Assembly: GCF_000016745.1 (NCBI RefSeq)
Contig: NC_009483.1
Coordinates: 2,730,001-2,762,000, forward strand
Direction of reading: 5' to 3'
Origin: Geotalea uraniireducens Rf4
GTDB lineage: Bacteria; Desulfobacterota; Desulfuromonadia; Geobacterales; Geobacteraceae
Length of the DNA stretch: 32,000 nt
This document shows positions 8,529 to 17,083 of the stretch, piece after piece (positions within the stretch are counted from its first letter, which is position 1; each line of letters opens with the position of its first letter). Below the pieces are notes generated by a model. The model had not been told where the DNA came from and did no database searches. It worked only from the letters and a program-made list of their open reading frames with translations. A program made the translations under genes and the position numbers.

Positions 8529-11132
8529 CTAATGCAGAGTCTGTTGCTGCTTTGTCTTTGACTGATCGCCGTTTGCCTTGAAAGCCGCTAAAAGATGATT
8601 CCGAACGTTCGCATCAGCTGGGAGAAGGCGGGCCGCCCTCTCCAGAAGTTTAAGCGCCTCGGCATTACGACCATTTTTCAAAAGAACATAACCCAACGTA
8701 TCCATTATGGCCGGATTCCCGGAATCCAGTTTGAAAGCCGTCACCGCCAACCTGACTGCATCCTGTTTACTGCCGTAGCCGTCAGCATACAAATAGGCAA
8801 GATTATTCAGGGCCGGAACAAAGTCTTCCGATTTTTCCAGTGCTTCGCGGTATTTTTTTATCGCTTCTCTCTTATTGCCTGCTGCATCCAAAAGCGCTCC
8901 CTGTGCAAAATACGCCGGAGCAAAATCCGGTTTTTTGCTTACAGCCTCTTCAAAAGCCTTCATTGCCGAGTTATTATCTCCTTTTTTGGCATAAAGGTTT
9001 CCCAGCATCAGGATCGCCTGAACGTTTTTCCCGTCGCCCCGAAGACCATTCTTCACCTCATCCAGGGCGTGATCCACGTTATTCTGTCTTTCATAAACAG
9101 AAGCGAGCACCATGTACCCGTAAGCCGAGTTCGGCTTGATTGTTATAAAACGTCGGGCCTGCGCAACGGCTTTCGAGAAATCCTTCATCACCACGCAGGT
9201 ATCGATTTTTAAACGAAAACCAAGATCGGGAGAAATAGCCTCGATATCATCGAAAACCTTTATGGCATCTTTATATTTTTTCTCCTGAAGATAGATCCGC
9301 CCTTTCAGTTCAAGTGCGGCTGTATTGCGCGGAATGGTCTTTATCGCTTCATTAAGCACAGTGAGGGCGTTGCCGTTCTCGTTTTTCTTCAAGTGAAAAT
9401 TTGCCAGGGCAAGAAAGGCGACGGGAGCTTTAGTTTCCTTTGCTTTTTTATAGAAAGCGAGGGATTCATTCTCACGTCCTTTCATATCAAAAAGCGCCGC
9501 CGTGCACATCAATGCCTTGACATTGGCAGGGTCATGCTGCAGCACCGTCCGATATTCATTAAGCGCCTTTTCATATTCGCCTACTGCTGCAAAATAGGTT
9601 GCCAGGTTGAAATAGGTAGCATATAAGTTCGGGTCCGTCTGCTTTGCCTTTTGCAGTAATTTCAATCCATCGTCCGGTTTTCTCTCGGTAAACTTGATTG
9701 ACGCCATCGTGTTGTAAAGAACAGCGTCGCTCTTTGTTCCACCGAGACCTTCACTTATTGCGGATAACGCTTTTGTAAAGTCGTTCTGGCGCAGATAATA
9801 AGAAGAGAGTATCAAGCGGGTATTCAGGATTTCCGGTGCTACCTGAACCGCTGTCCTCAGGTCGGTTTCGGCTTCCTTTGTTCTCCCTTTGCTTAGATGA
9901 AATATTCCTTTTTTTAGATGGGCATCGATGATCTTCGGATCAAGTTCCGTAGTCCTGCTGAACTCTTTCATTCCCTCTTCACTCATACCCTTTGCCATAT
10001 AGGCGCTGCCGAGGATGTTGTGGGCAAGGGCATGCCTGTCATCAAGCTGCAGGATCTTGCCGATTTCGCTGATTGAATCGTCAATTCGCCCTTGTTTGAG
10101 AAGGATCACGCCGGTAAGGAGTCTTGCCTGAATAAAGGAGGGATTATAGTCCAGGATTATCCGAAACTGACTGAGCGCGTTTTCAAATTCGCCGCGATTG
10201 TAGAGGCTGAGGCCCAGGAAATAATAGGCCTCCATGTTGGGCTGCGTTCTAAGAGAGTTTTGCAGAGCGGCTATCGCTTCTGTATAGTTCTTCTTGTAAT
10301 AACAAACAAGCCCCTTCAGCCTGTTACCATCAGCCCGGTTCGGATAATTCTGCAAAAGATGAGCAGCCAGCTTTTCAGCCTTGTCGAGTTCCCCTTTATC
10401 TATGTATATAAGACCTGATTTGTAAATGGCGCTGGTGTCGAATTTATTGATTTTCAGGATGGTTTGGTATATCTCAAGCGCCCGGTCCTTATTACCGACT
10501 GAATTTTCAAGGCCGGCGAGCATGTAATAAGCCCTGCTGCTTTTGGGATCGACTTTAATAATTTCATCAAGCCGTTGCCTGGCGTCCTTTTCTCTGCCGC
10601 AGGCAATATATATACCGGCGAGATCAAGTTTAGCGCCGCTTCTTCGTGGGTCCGCCTTCAGCGCTTGAAGCAGGTAATTCTCGGCTTCATCGAGTCTGTT
10701 TTTAAGCGCGTACCCTATGCCCATTATCTCTAATGCTTCAGACGACTGTTGATGTGACTTCAAATATTTGCCCATTGCATCAATTGCCAAATCCGGCTTT
10801 TTACTGGAATTATAGATCCTTGCCAGATCAAGCATGATCTCGACCCGAGAGGGGTTCTGTCTGAGAACCTTCTGGAATTCCTTTTCAGCCTGCTCATATT
10901 TGACGGCAGCCACATACGCTTTTGCCAATTGATAGCGGGCATCAAGATAGTTCTGGTCCTTTTCCAGCGCGTTCTTCAAGAAAACTATGGCACCGTTCGG
11001 ATTTCCATCATTTATCTGCTTGACGCCTTTTGCGTAAAGTTCCTCCTTGGTTTTACCGCTGCAGCCGGCGATATTAAATAATACAATGGCTATAATGATT
11101 ACCTTATACAAAGCAATACCCTCCACAAACAA
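8529..11132 (-). CDS. prsT: PEP-CTERM-system TPR-repeat lipoprotein (PrsT-like)
   Basis: 867 aa, TPR repeats almost end to end, with lipobox ...LFNIAG|CSGK. The ORF-track start at 11132 is a TTG with no SD. An in-frame TTG at 11111 is preceded by GGAGGG (11124-11119) with a 7-nt spacer and gives a cleaner signal peptide (M)YKVIIIAIVLFNIAGC, so the true start may be 11111. Confidence 0.85.
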   Translation of the reverse strand: MFVEGIALYKVIIIAIVLFNIAGCSGKTKEELYAKGVKQINDGNPNGAIVFLKNALEKDQNYLDARYQLAKAYVAAVKYEQAEKEFQKVLRQNPSRVEIMLDLARIYNSSKKPDLAIDAMGKYLKSHQQSSEALEIMGIGYALKNRLDEAENYLLQALKADPRRSGAKLDLAGIYIACGREKDARQRLDEIIKVDPKSSRAYYMLAGLENSVGNKDRALEIYQTILKINKFDTSAIYKSGLIYIDKGELDKAEKLAAHLLQNYPNRADGNRLKGLVCYYKKNYTEAIAALQNSLRTQPNMEAYYFLGLSLYNRGEFENALSQFRIILDYNPSFIQARLLTGVILLKQGRIDDSISEIGKILQLDDRHALAHNILGSAYMAKGMSEEGMKEFSRTTELDPKIIDAHLKKGIFHLSKGRTKEAETDLRTAVQVAPEILNTRLILSSYYLRQNDFTKALSAISEGLGGTKSDAVLYNTMASIKFTERKPDDGLKLLQKAKQTDPNLYATYFNLATYFAAVGEYEKALNEYRTVLQHDPANVKALMCTAALFDMKGRENESLAFYKKAKETKAPVAFLALANFHLKKNENGNALTVLNEAIKTIPRNTAALELKGRIYLQEKKYKDAIKVFDDIEAISPDLGFRLKIDTCVVMKDFSKAVAQARRFITIKPNSAYGYMVLASVYERQNNVDHALDEVKNGLRGDGKNVQAILMLGNLYAKKGDNNSAMKAFEEAVSKKPDFAPAYFAQGALLDAAGNKREAIKKYREALEKSEDFVPALNNLAYLYADGYGSKQDAVRLAVTAFKLDSGNPAIMDTLGYVLLKNGRNAEALKLLERAARLLPADANVRNHLLAAFKANGDQSKTKQQQTLH

Positions 11133-11744
11133 TCAATTCTTCATTAATCAGCTATCCGATAACGATTAATAGTAATAACGGTTATCAATCTTCTGATCAT
11201 GCCTTCGTAGCGCAGCGAATGTATCTGATGATCTATCCGAATAAGCAAGTATGTGTATAGTAAAGCCGATCATCATCCAACAAACGTTTGTTTTGTGTAT
11301 TTTGTCAATGCAATGACAATTGGTGCGAATTTAACAGCATAATATATTTAACTATGACAGTTTACGTCTCAAGTCATACAGTTTTGTATGGTGCTGAGTA
11401 AATGAACCAGATATCGTATTCAACAACTACCCCAAACCACCTATCTAATTAATTATATTTGTTTAATATTTAATATATTTTTACCGCAATATGGCTCTTT
11501 GTCAAGACAAGGCAACTGAACCCTAATACGGCATCTGGAGAGGGATCATGAGCCACATGCGCGCTATTTCGTTGCTGCTCTAAGCAAAAAACAAAGTATT
11601 AACTGCGGATATTGCCTAAAACAGACGATGGGCTTAAAACGGGCAAAACAGGGCGTTTTGAGCGAATGGGATTCGCATCACGGGGGAGGTAGAAAGGTTT
11701 ATGTTCACACTTGCAATGTTGGCATTTTAAATTAATTTATTGTT
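11133..11744. promoter_or_regulatory. 612-bp AT-rich divergent intergenic/control region between the EPS operon and the CPBP protease gene
   Basis: No ORF of 60 aa or more appears in the track. It is the longest non-coding stretch in the window, with AT-rich tracts (for example 11447-11482 with TTAATAT twice). CTATCCGA repeats at 11152 and 11232. Promoters are not individually resolved. Confidence 0.4.
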
Positions 11745-12458
11745 ATGGGTGAGATCAATGAACAGGTGGTTTTGACGAATGGCACTTTCCCGAGAATAGC
11801 GCCGTACGCTCTATTCATGGCATTTGTGGGTTTGGAACAACTGTTTGTTCATTGGGCAAACAATGGAGGGGGCGACGGTTCAGTGCCGGCAGCGATGTAT
11901 ATATACCCGGCCAAGACAGTTGCCGTTGCTTTGTTACTGGTCACGTTCAAGTCATGTTACACGGAGGTCTGCCTGCGTGACCTTCTGAAATTCAAACATT
12001 CGGTTATCAGCATAATTTCGGGCATAGTTGTATTTATTCTCTGGATCAACATGGATTGGAACTTCACATCCCATCCATCGCAACAAGGCTTTAATCCAAG
12101 CATCTTGCAAGACGACCGGATGAGAACGAGTATGACATTTGTTCGGATGACCGGTGCAGTGATCATCGTCCCCATTATGGAGGAATTATTCTGGCGCTCA
12201 TTTCTCATTCGCTACATCATCAACCAGACATATTCCAAGATATCCATTGGTCAATTCACCTGGCCGTCATTCCTGATCACCACAATATTTTTCGGTTTTG
12301 AGCACCATCTTTTACTGGCCGGGATCATGGCTGGGGCCGCCTACAATCTTCTTCTGTATTACTCCAAGAGCATCGCCCAGTGCATCCTGGCGCATGCAGT
12401 CACAAACCTGGCCCTGGGGATATATGTGATTACGACCGGACAATGGCATTTCTGGTAG
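11745..12458 (+). CDS. CPBP/CAAX-type intramembrane glutamic endopeptidase, exosortase-locus-associated subfamily
   Basis: 237 aa and polytopic. It has all three CPBP motifs: EELFWRSF (EExxxR), FGFEH (FxxxH) and HAVTN (HxxxN). The ATG at 11745 has no recognisable SD, so the start is uncertain. Confidence 0.8.
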   Translation: MGEINEQVVLTNGTFPRIAPYALFMAFVGLEQLFVHWANNGGGDGSVPAAMYIYPAKTVAVALLLVTFKSCYTEVCLRDLLKFKHSVISIISGIVVFILWINMDWNFTSHPSQQGFNPSILQDDRMRTSMTFVRMTGAVIIVPIMEELFWRSFLIRYIINQTYSKISIGQFTWPSFLITTIFFGFEHHLLLAGIMAGAAYNLLLYYSKSIAQCILAHAVTNLALGIYVITTGQWHFW

Positions 12459-12535
12459 GAAATCGGGGATTCTACGAAAGGGGAATCTTGCGGAGTAAGC
12501 GTGAAGGAGATCGACTTGTAAAATTTACCTGATTT

Positions 12536-12820
12536 TCAGGGTTCTACACCGTCTGTACCCTGTTCCAGTCGATAAAGCCAGGCCAGCAGTTCCGCTACGG
12601 CTCGATAGAGTTCCGGCGGAATAAAACGATCCTGGTCAACCTGAAGCAATAAATTCATCAGGTCCGGGGATTCGTGCACATAAACGCCGTTTTCCCTGGC
12701 AAGGGCAATTATCGCCTCAGCTGTCACGCCGCAACCCTTGGCGATCACCCGTGGCGCATAATCACCGGGATCATACGCCATCGCCACCGCCTTTTTCATG
12801 TCATCAGGCCGTTTTGCCAT
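12536..12820 (-). CDS. Stand-alone FlhB/YscU-family C-terminal subdomain protein (YlqH-like, Bac_export_2 fragment)
   Basis: 94 aa. KKAVAMAYDPGDYAPRVIAKGCGVTAEAIIALARENGVYVHESPDLMNLL...IPPELYRAVAELLAWLYRL matches the segment of FlhB/EscU that follows the NPTH autocleavage site. There are no TM region and no NPTH. An SD-like GGTGG lies 6 nt upstream of the ATG. It overlaps the upstream gene by 17 nt. Confidence 0.8.
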   Translation of the reverse strand: MAKRPDDMKKAVAMAYDPGDYAPRVIAKGCGVTAEAIIALARENGVYVHESPDLMNLLLQVDQDRFIPPELYRAVAELLAWLYRLEQGTDGVEP

Positions 12821-13877
12821 CTTTTACCACCAAATGAGCCAGCTTCATTCCAGCTCCATCCATGGACTGTCGCAACCCCTCGCCATCCCCCTTCAGAAGG
12901 GTTGTTGTTTCAACATTCTCAGCTTCTACGACGACGTCCACGCCGTCAGCCGATAAACGCAAGGTAGCGGCAATTGTCCCAAGTCTGGGCAGATGCAGCT
13001 TGAGAGATGTTTCCCAAGCTTTCTCTTGCGGCTCACCCCGGGAGCCGTTGACATCCCTTTCTTCAATAGTGATCTCCATTTTCTGGTCAGGCCAAACCTG
13101 TCCGTTCCAGACCAGATGGCCGGTGTGAAGAGCTGCCAACTGTTCCCTGATTATGGGAAATGTCTGCGAATCGGCAATAAATTCTGCGCTTGATCGGTTG
13201 TGCGCTGATGAAGGCCGGTCGGAGGAAACGGACTCACCTTTAAAAGAGGAGAGCATCATATCGTCATCACTCGACTGATTCTGCCCCGCTTTCAGCGAAC
13301 CGGCAGCAAGCCGCTTAGAAAGTTTCCCCTGTGGTTCGCGGAGTATGTCCTTAAGCTGTCGTTCACCGATCGCCCATTCGGCAAGATGGGATTCGTAAAA
13401 TAGCCCGTTAAGGGTCAAGGCTTCTCGCAGCCTGGATGCAAACTGTTCCATATCGGCAGGTGGTCCGTCAAGAACCTTCGACATTGAAAACAGGCGAACA
13501 GCAGCATTTTGCTCCACACCTGCATCTCCGACAAGAGAACTCAGCCATTTCCCCATGGCACTGATATTTACGGGTCCATTGCCATTGTCCCCCTTAGCCA
13601 GCTCGAAGGTAATGCGGGGCTCTGCGGTGACAACGGTCAGATGCATGGTTTCGCCCGGCTGAACGTTTAAGGGAATCTCCATTTTAAACAGCTCGCCGGC
13701 TATGCGTGCCAGGAAAAGATGGTTGGGCAGCTTGGCGACAACCTCCGCCTGTACTTGCTGTCCGGGATTCAACTGCAGTTGGGAGGCTGATTGCTGTTCC
13801 GCCTCGATTTTGGGCAAATTGGATGATTTGGCGAACAACTGTAACAGCTGTCTCTGGATTTCATCGTTAATCAGCAC
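12804..13877 (-). CDS. FliK-like protein (C-terminal Flg_hook / T3S4-type domain), N-terminal part unassigned
   Basis: 357 aa. The C-terminal ~70 aa (SLKLHLPRLGTIAATLRLSADGVDVVVEAENVETTTLLKGDGEGLRQSMDGAGMKLAHLVV) follow the FliK C-terminal domain pattern. The start is a GTG at 13877 with SD GAGGAG (13889-13884) and a 6-nt spacer. Confidence 0.65.
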   Translation of the reverse strand: MLINDEIQRQLLQLFAKSSNLPKIEAEQQSASQLQLNPGQQVQAEVVAKLPNHLFLARIAGELFKMEIPLNVQPGETMHLTVVTAEPRITFELAKGDNGNGPVNISAMGKWLSSLVGDAGVEQNAAVRLFSMSKVLDGPPADMEQFASRLREALTLNGLFYESHLAEWAIGERQLKDILREPQGKLSKRLAAGSLKAGQNQSSDDDMMLSSFKGESVSSDRPSSAHNRSSAEFIADSQTFPIIREQLAALHTGHLVWNGQVWPDQKMEITIEERDVNGSRGEPQEKAWETSLKLHLPRLGTIAATLRLSADGVDVVVEAENVETTTLLKGDGEGLRQSMDGAGMKLAHLVVKDGKTA

Positions 13878-13914
13878 ACCAGGCTCCTCGTTTTAAATTA
13901 CACCTGTCATGGTC

Positions 13915-16900
13915 CTAAGGATTCTGCTCCGTTGCCGATTTTGGACGTTTCCTTGCCCAGCCGCGCACTTCTTCCAGCAATTTGTCCATATAGTAATAAA
14001 CAACCGGGGTTATGTAGAGGGTGAGAAGCTGGGAGACAACAAGTCCGCCGACAACAGCCAGACCTAAGGGGCGACGTGCCTCGGCACCGGCGCCAAAACC
14101 CAAGGCAATAGGAAGGGTGCCCATAAGGGCCGCCATGGTAGTCATCATGATGGGACGGAAACGGATCATGGCACCGTCGTAAATGGCGTCGAGCGGTGCT
14201 TTACCCTCTTTCCTTTCCGCCTCCAGGGCGAAGTCGATCATCATGATGGCGTTCTTTTTGACAATGCCTATCAACATGATGATCCCGACAAAGGCGTATA
14301 TGTTCAGGTCCTTGTGGAACAGCATAAGTGTAACGAGCGCACCAAAACCGGCTGCCGGAAGTCCCGACAGGATGGTGAGCGGGTGAATGAAGCTCTCGTA
14401 AAGAATCCCGAGCACGATATAGATGACCAGGATCGCCATGAAAAGAAGGAACCAGAGCCCTTTCAATGATGCCTGGAATGCCTGGGCAGTCCCTTGAAAA
14501 CTGGTGCTGATGGTCGGCGGCAAGGTCTCATGCGATAACTTTTCCACCAACGGCATGGCATCGCCAAGGGCGACGTCGGGCTTCAGGTTAAAGGAGATGG
14601 TGACTGCCGGCAGCTGCCCCAGGTGGTTCACGGTGAGCGGCCCCAGGCTCTTGGTCAGATTGGCCACCGTATTTAGCGGCACCAACCGGCCTGTGGTAGA
14701 ACGGACGTAAAGCATGGCCAGAGACGACGGGTCCATCTGATACAGGTCATCCAACTCGAGGATGACCTGGTACTGGTTATTGGGGGAATAGATGGTCGAT
14801 ACCTGGCGGGAACCATAGGCGTAATAGAGGGCATCCTCCACCTGCTGCGCCGAAAGTCCGAGTGCTGAAGCCTTGTCCCGGTCGATCTCCACGTTCACTT
14901 GCGGGTTCTTGATCTGAAGGTCGCTCGTCACGTCCTGCAACTGGGAAAGCGCACGCATCTTCCCTTCCAGTTCGGCGGCATATTTGTAAAGGTCATCCGT
15001 GTCGGGGCTCTGCAAGGTGTACTGGTACTGGCTCTTGGTCAACTGGCCGCCGATTCGAATGGCAGGGAGATTCTGCATGAACATATTGATGCCGGGCACC
15101 TTCGACACCTTTGGCCGCAACTCCTGGATGATCTCATCGGCAGAGAGCTTTCGTTGGTCGCGGGCCTTGAGCCGCATGAATATGCGGCCGGTATTATTGG
15201 CAACACTCGCCCCCCCGGCCCCGACGGATGACATAAAGGCATCGATATTGGGATCCTGGGCGACAATGGCCGCAAGCTGCTGCTGGTGACGCTTCATGTC
15301 CTCAAAGGAGATCCCTTGGGCCGCCTCGGTGAAGGCGAAAATCTGGCCGGTGTCCTCAGTCGGAAGGAACCCCATCGGGATCCTGGTGAACAGCCATCCC
15401 GTCACCAGGGTCAGGGCAATAGTGACTGCTATGGTGGTGCGGCGGTGACGAAGCACTACTTGCAGGGTCCGGTCGTAGGTACGGAGCATGCCGTCAAAGA
15501 AGCGCTCCATGAACATATAGAGACGGCCATGACGTTCCTTCTGCGGTGGTCGCAGAAAACGGCTGCAGAGCATGGGGGTCAGGGTTAGCGAAACAAAGCC
15601 TGATATGAGGATCGCCATGCTGATGGTAACGGCGAATTCGTGCAAAAGCCGCCCCATGATCCCCCCCATGAAGAGGACCGGGATGAATACCGCCACCAGC
15701 GACAGGGTCATGGAAAGAATGGTGAAGCCGATCTCGCGCGACCCTTTGAGGGCCGCCTCCATCACCCCTTCCCCATGCTCCATGTGACGGACGATGTTTT
15801 CCAGCATGACGATGGCGTCGTCTACGACGAAGCCGACCGAAAGGGTCAACGCCATGAGGGAGATATTATCGATGCTGAAATTCATGACGTACATGGCGGC
15901 GAAGGTGCCGATGATGGAGAACGGGAGCGCCAGGCTCGGGATGATGGTGGCCGAGAGGTTGCGGAGAAAGAGGAAGATCACCAGCACGACGAGGCAGATG
16001 GTGAGTATCAGGGTGAACTTGACGTCGGCCACTGAATCACGGATAGAAACAGAGCGGTCGTAAAGGATATTCAGGTCCACCGAGGCGGGCATCTGGGAAC
16101 GAAAGACAGGGAGAAGCTTTTTGATGCTGTCCACCACCTCGATGGTGTTGGTGCCCGGCTGGCGCTGGATGGCGAGAACAACCGCGCGCGTGTTCTTGTA
16201 CCAGCTCGCCACCTTGTCATTTTCCACGCTGTCGATGACCTGACCCAGTTCCTGAAGGCGCACCGGCGAGCCGTTGCGATAGGCAACGATCAGGGGGCGG
16301 TAGGCTGCGGCGTTGTAAAGCTGACCGGTGGCCTGGATGGTGAATGCCTGGAACTTGCCGTCAATAGTACCGGTAGGAAGGTTGACATTGCCATTTGCAA
16401 GGGCTTTGGACACCTCGTCAATGCCGATCTGACGTGTAGCAAGGGCTTTGGGGTCGAGTTGTGCACGCACCGCGAATTTTTGCGAGCCGAATACCTGCAC
16501 CTGGGCAACGCCGCTGATCATCGATATGCGCTGGGCGATAAAGGTGTCAGCGAAGTCGTTGACCGTATAGAGCGGCAGGGTCGGTGAACTGAGGGCAAGA
16601 TAGATGATCGGCTGATCAGCCGGATTGACCTTCTGAAACGATGGCGGCGCCGGCATATTCTGCGGCAGCTGGCGCGAAGCGCGGGAGATGGCTGCCTGCA
16701 CGTCCTGGGCAGCGGCATCGATGTTGCGGGAGAGGTTGAATTGAATGGTTATCGAGGTTGTGCCCGTGCCGTTCATGGAGTTCATTGAATCTACGCCGGC
16801 AATGGTCGAAAACTGCCGCTCCAGCGGGGTCGCCACCGCCGATGCCATGGTGTCCGGATTGGCACCCGGCAGACTGGCAGTTACCTGTATGGTGGGGAAA

Positions 16901-17022
16901 TCCACGTTGGGCAAATCGCTTACCGGCAGGAGCCGGTAGGCGGAGAGGCCGAAAATTAGAATCGACGCCATGACCAGTGCGGTCATGATCGGCCGTTTGA
17001 TAAAAAGCTCTGCTATATTCAC
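13915..17022 (-). CDS. RND efflux transporter permease (HAE1/AcrB-MdtC-like)
   Basis: 1035 aa. The canonical N-terminus is MNIAELFIKRPIMT...LPVSDLPNVDFPTIQV. It has the 12-TM architecture with two large periplasmic loops and conserved TM4 ...VGFVVDDAIVMLENI. Confidence 0.95.
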   Translation of the reverse strand: MNIAELFIKRPIMTALVMASILIFGLSAYRLLPVSDLPNVDFPTIQVTASLPGANPDTMASAVATPLERQFSTIAGVDSMNSMNGTGTTSITIQFNLSRNIDAAAQDVQAAISRASRQLPQNMPAPPSFQKVNPADQPIIYLALSSPTLPLYTVNDFADTFIAQRISMISGVAQVQVFGSQKFAVRAQLDPKALATRQIGIDEVSKALANGNVNLPTGTIDGKFQAFTIQATGQLYNAAAYRPLIVAYRNGSPVRLQELGQVIDSVENDKVASWYKNTRAVVLAIQRQPGTNTIEVVDSIKKLLPVFRSQMPASVDLNILYDRSVSIRDSVADVKFTLILTICLVVLVIFLFLRNLSATIIPSLALPFSIIGTFAAMYVMNFSIDNISLMALTLSVGFVVDDAIVMLENIVRHMEHGEGVMEAALKGSREIGFTILSMTLSLVAVFIPVLFMGGIMGRLLHEFAVTISMAILISGFVSLTLTPMLCSRFLRPPQKERHGRLYMFMERFFDGMLRTYDRTLQVVLRHRRTTIAVTIALTLVTGWLFTRIPMGFLPTEDTGQIFAFTEAAQGISFEDMKRHQQQLAAIVAQDPNIDAFMSSVGAGGASVANNTGRIFMRLKARDQRKLSADEIIQELRPKVSKVPGINMFMQNLPAIRIGGQLTKSQYQYTLQSPDTDDLYKYAAELEGKMRALSQLQDVTSDLQIKNPQVNVEIDRDKASALGLSAQQVEDALYYAYGSRQVSTIYSPNNQYQVILELDDLYQMDPSSLAMLYVRSTTGRLVPLNTVANLTKSLGPLTVNHLGQLPAVTISFNLKPDVALGDAMPLVEKLSHETLPPTISTSFQGTAQAFQASLKGLWFLLFMAILVIYIVLGILYESFIHPLTILSGLPAAGFGALVTLMLFHKDLNIYAFVGIIMLIGIVKKNAIMMIDFALEAERKEGKAPLDAIYDGAMIRFRPIMMTTMAALMGTLPIALGFGAGAEARRPLGLAVVGGLVVSQLLTLYITPVVYYYMDKLLEEVRGWARKRPKSATEQNP

Positions 17023-17083
17023 AGGAAAATCCCCTTAAAATTATGACGGATACACAAAGGAGACACGGGATATGAAGCCCTGA

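Noticed and set aside
8595-9212. 205-aa plus-strand ORF, and similar ORFs at 17117-17701, 18721-19299, 15640-16035 and 14899-15289
   Set aside because: All are antisense or alternate-frame ORFs inside long genes with clear family signatures (TPR lipoprotein, MFP, kinase, RND permease). They have no independent support.
11133-11744. Possible c-di-GMP (GEMM-type) riboswitch or other known leader RNA upstream of the EPS or CPBP genes
   Set aside because: I could not find the conserved GEMM core segments on either strand, and nothing else was recognisable. Only a covariance-model scan could settle this.
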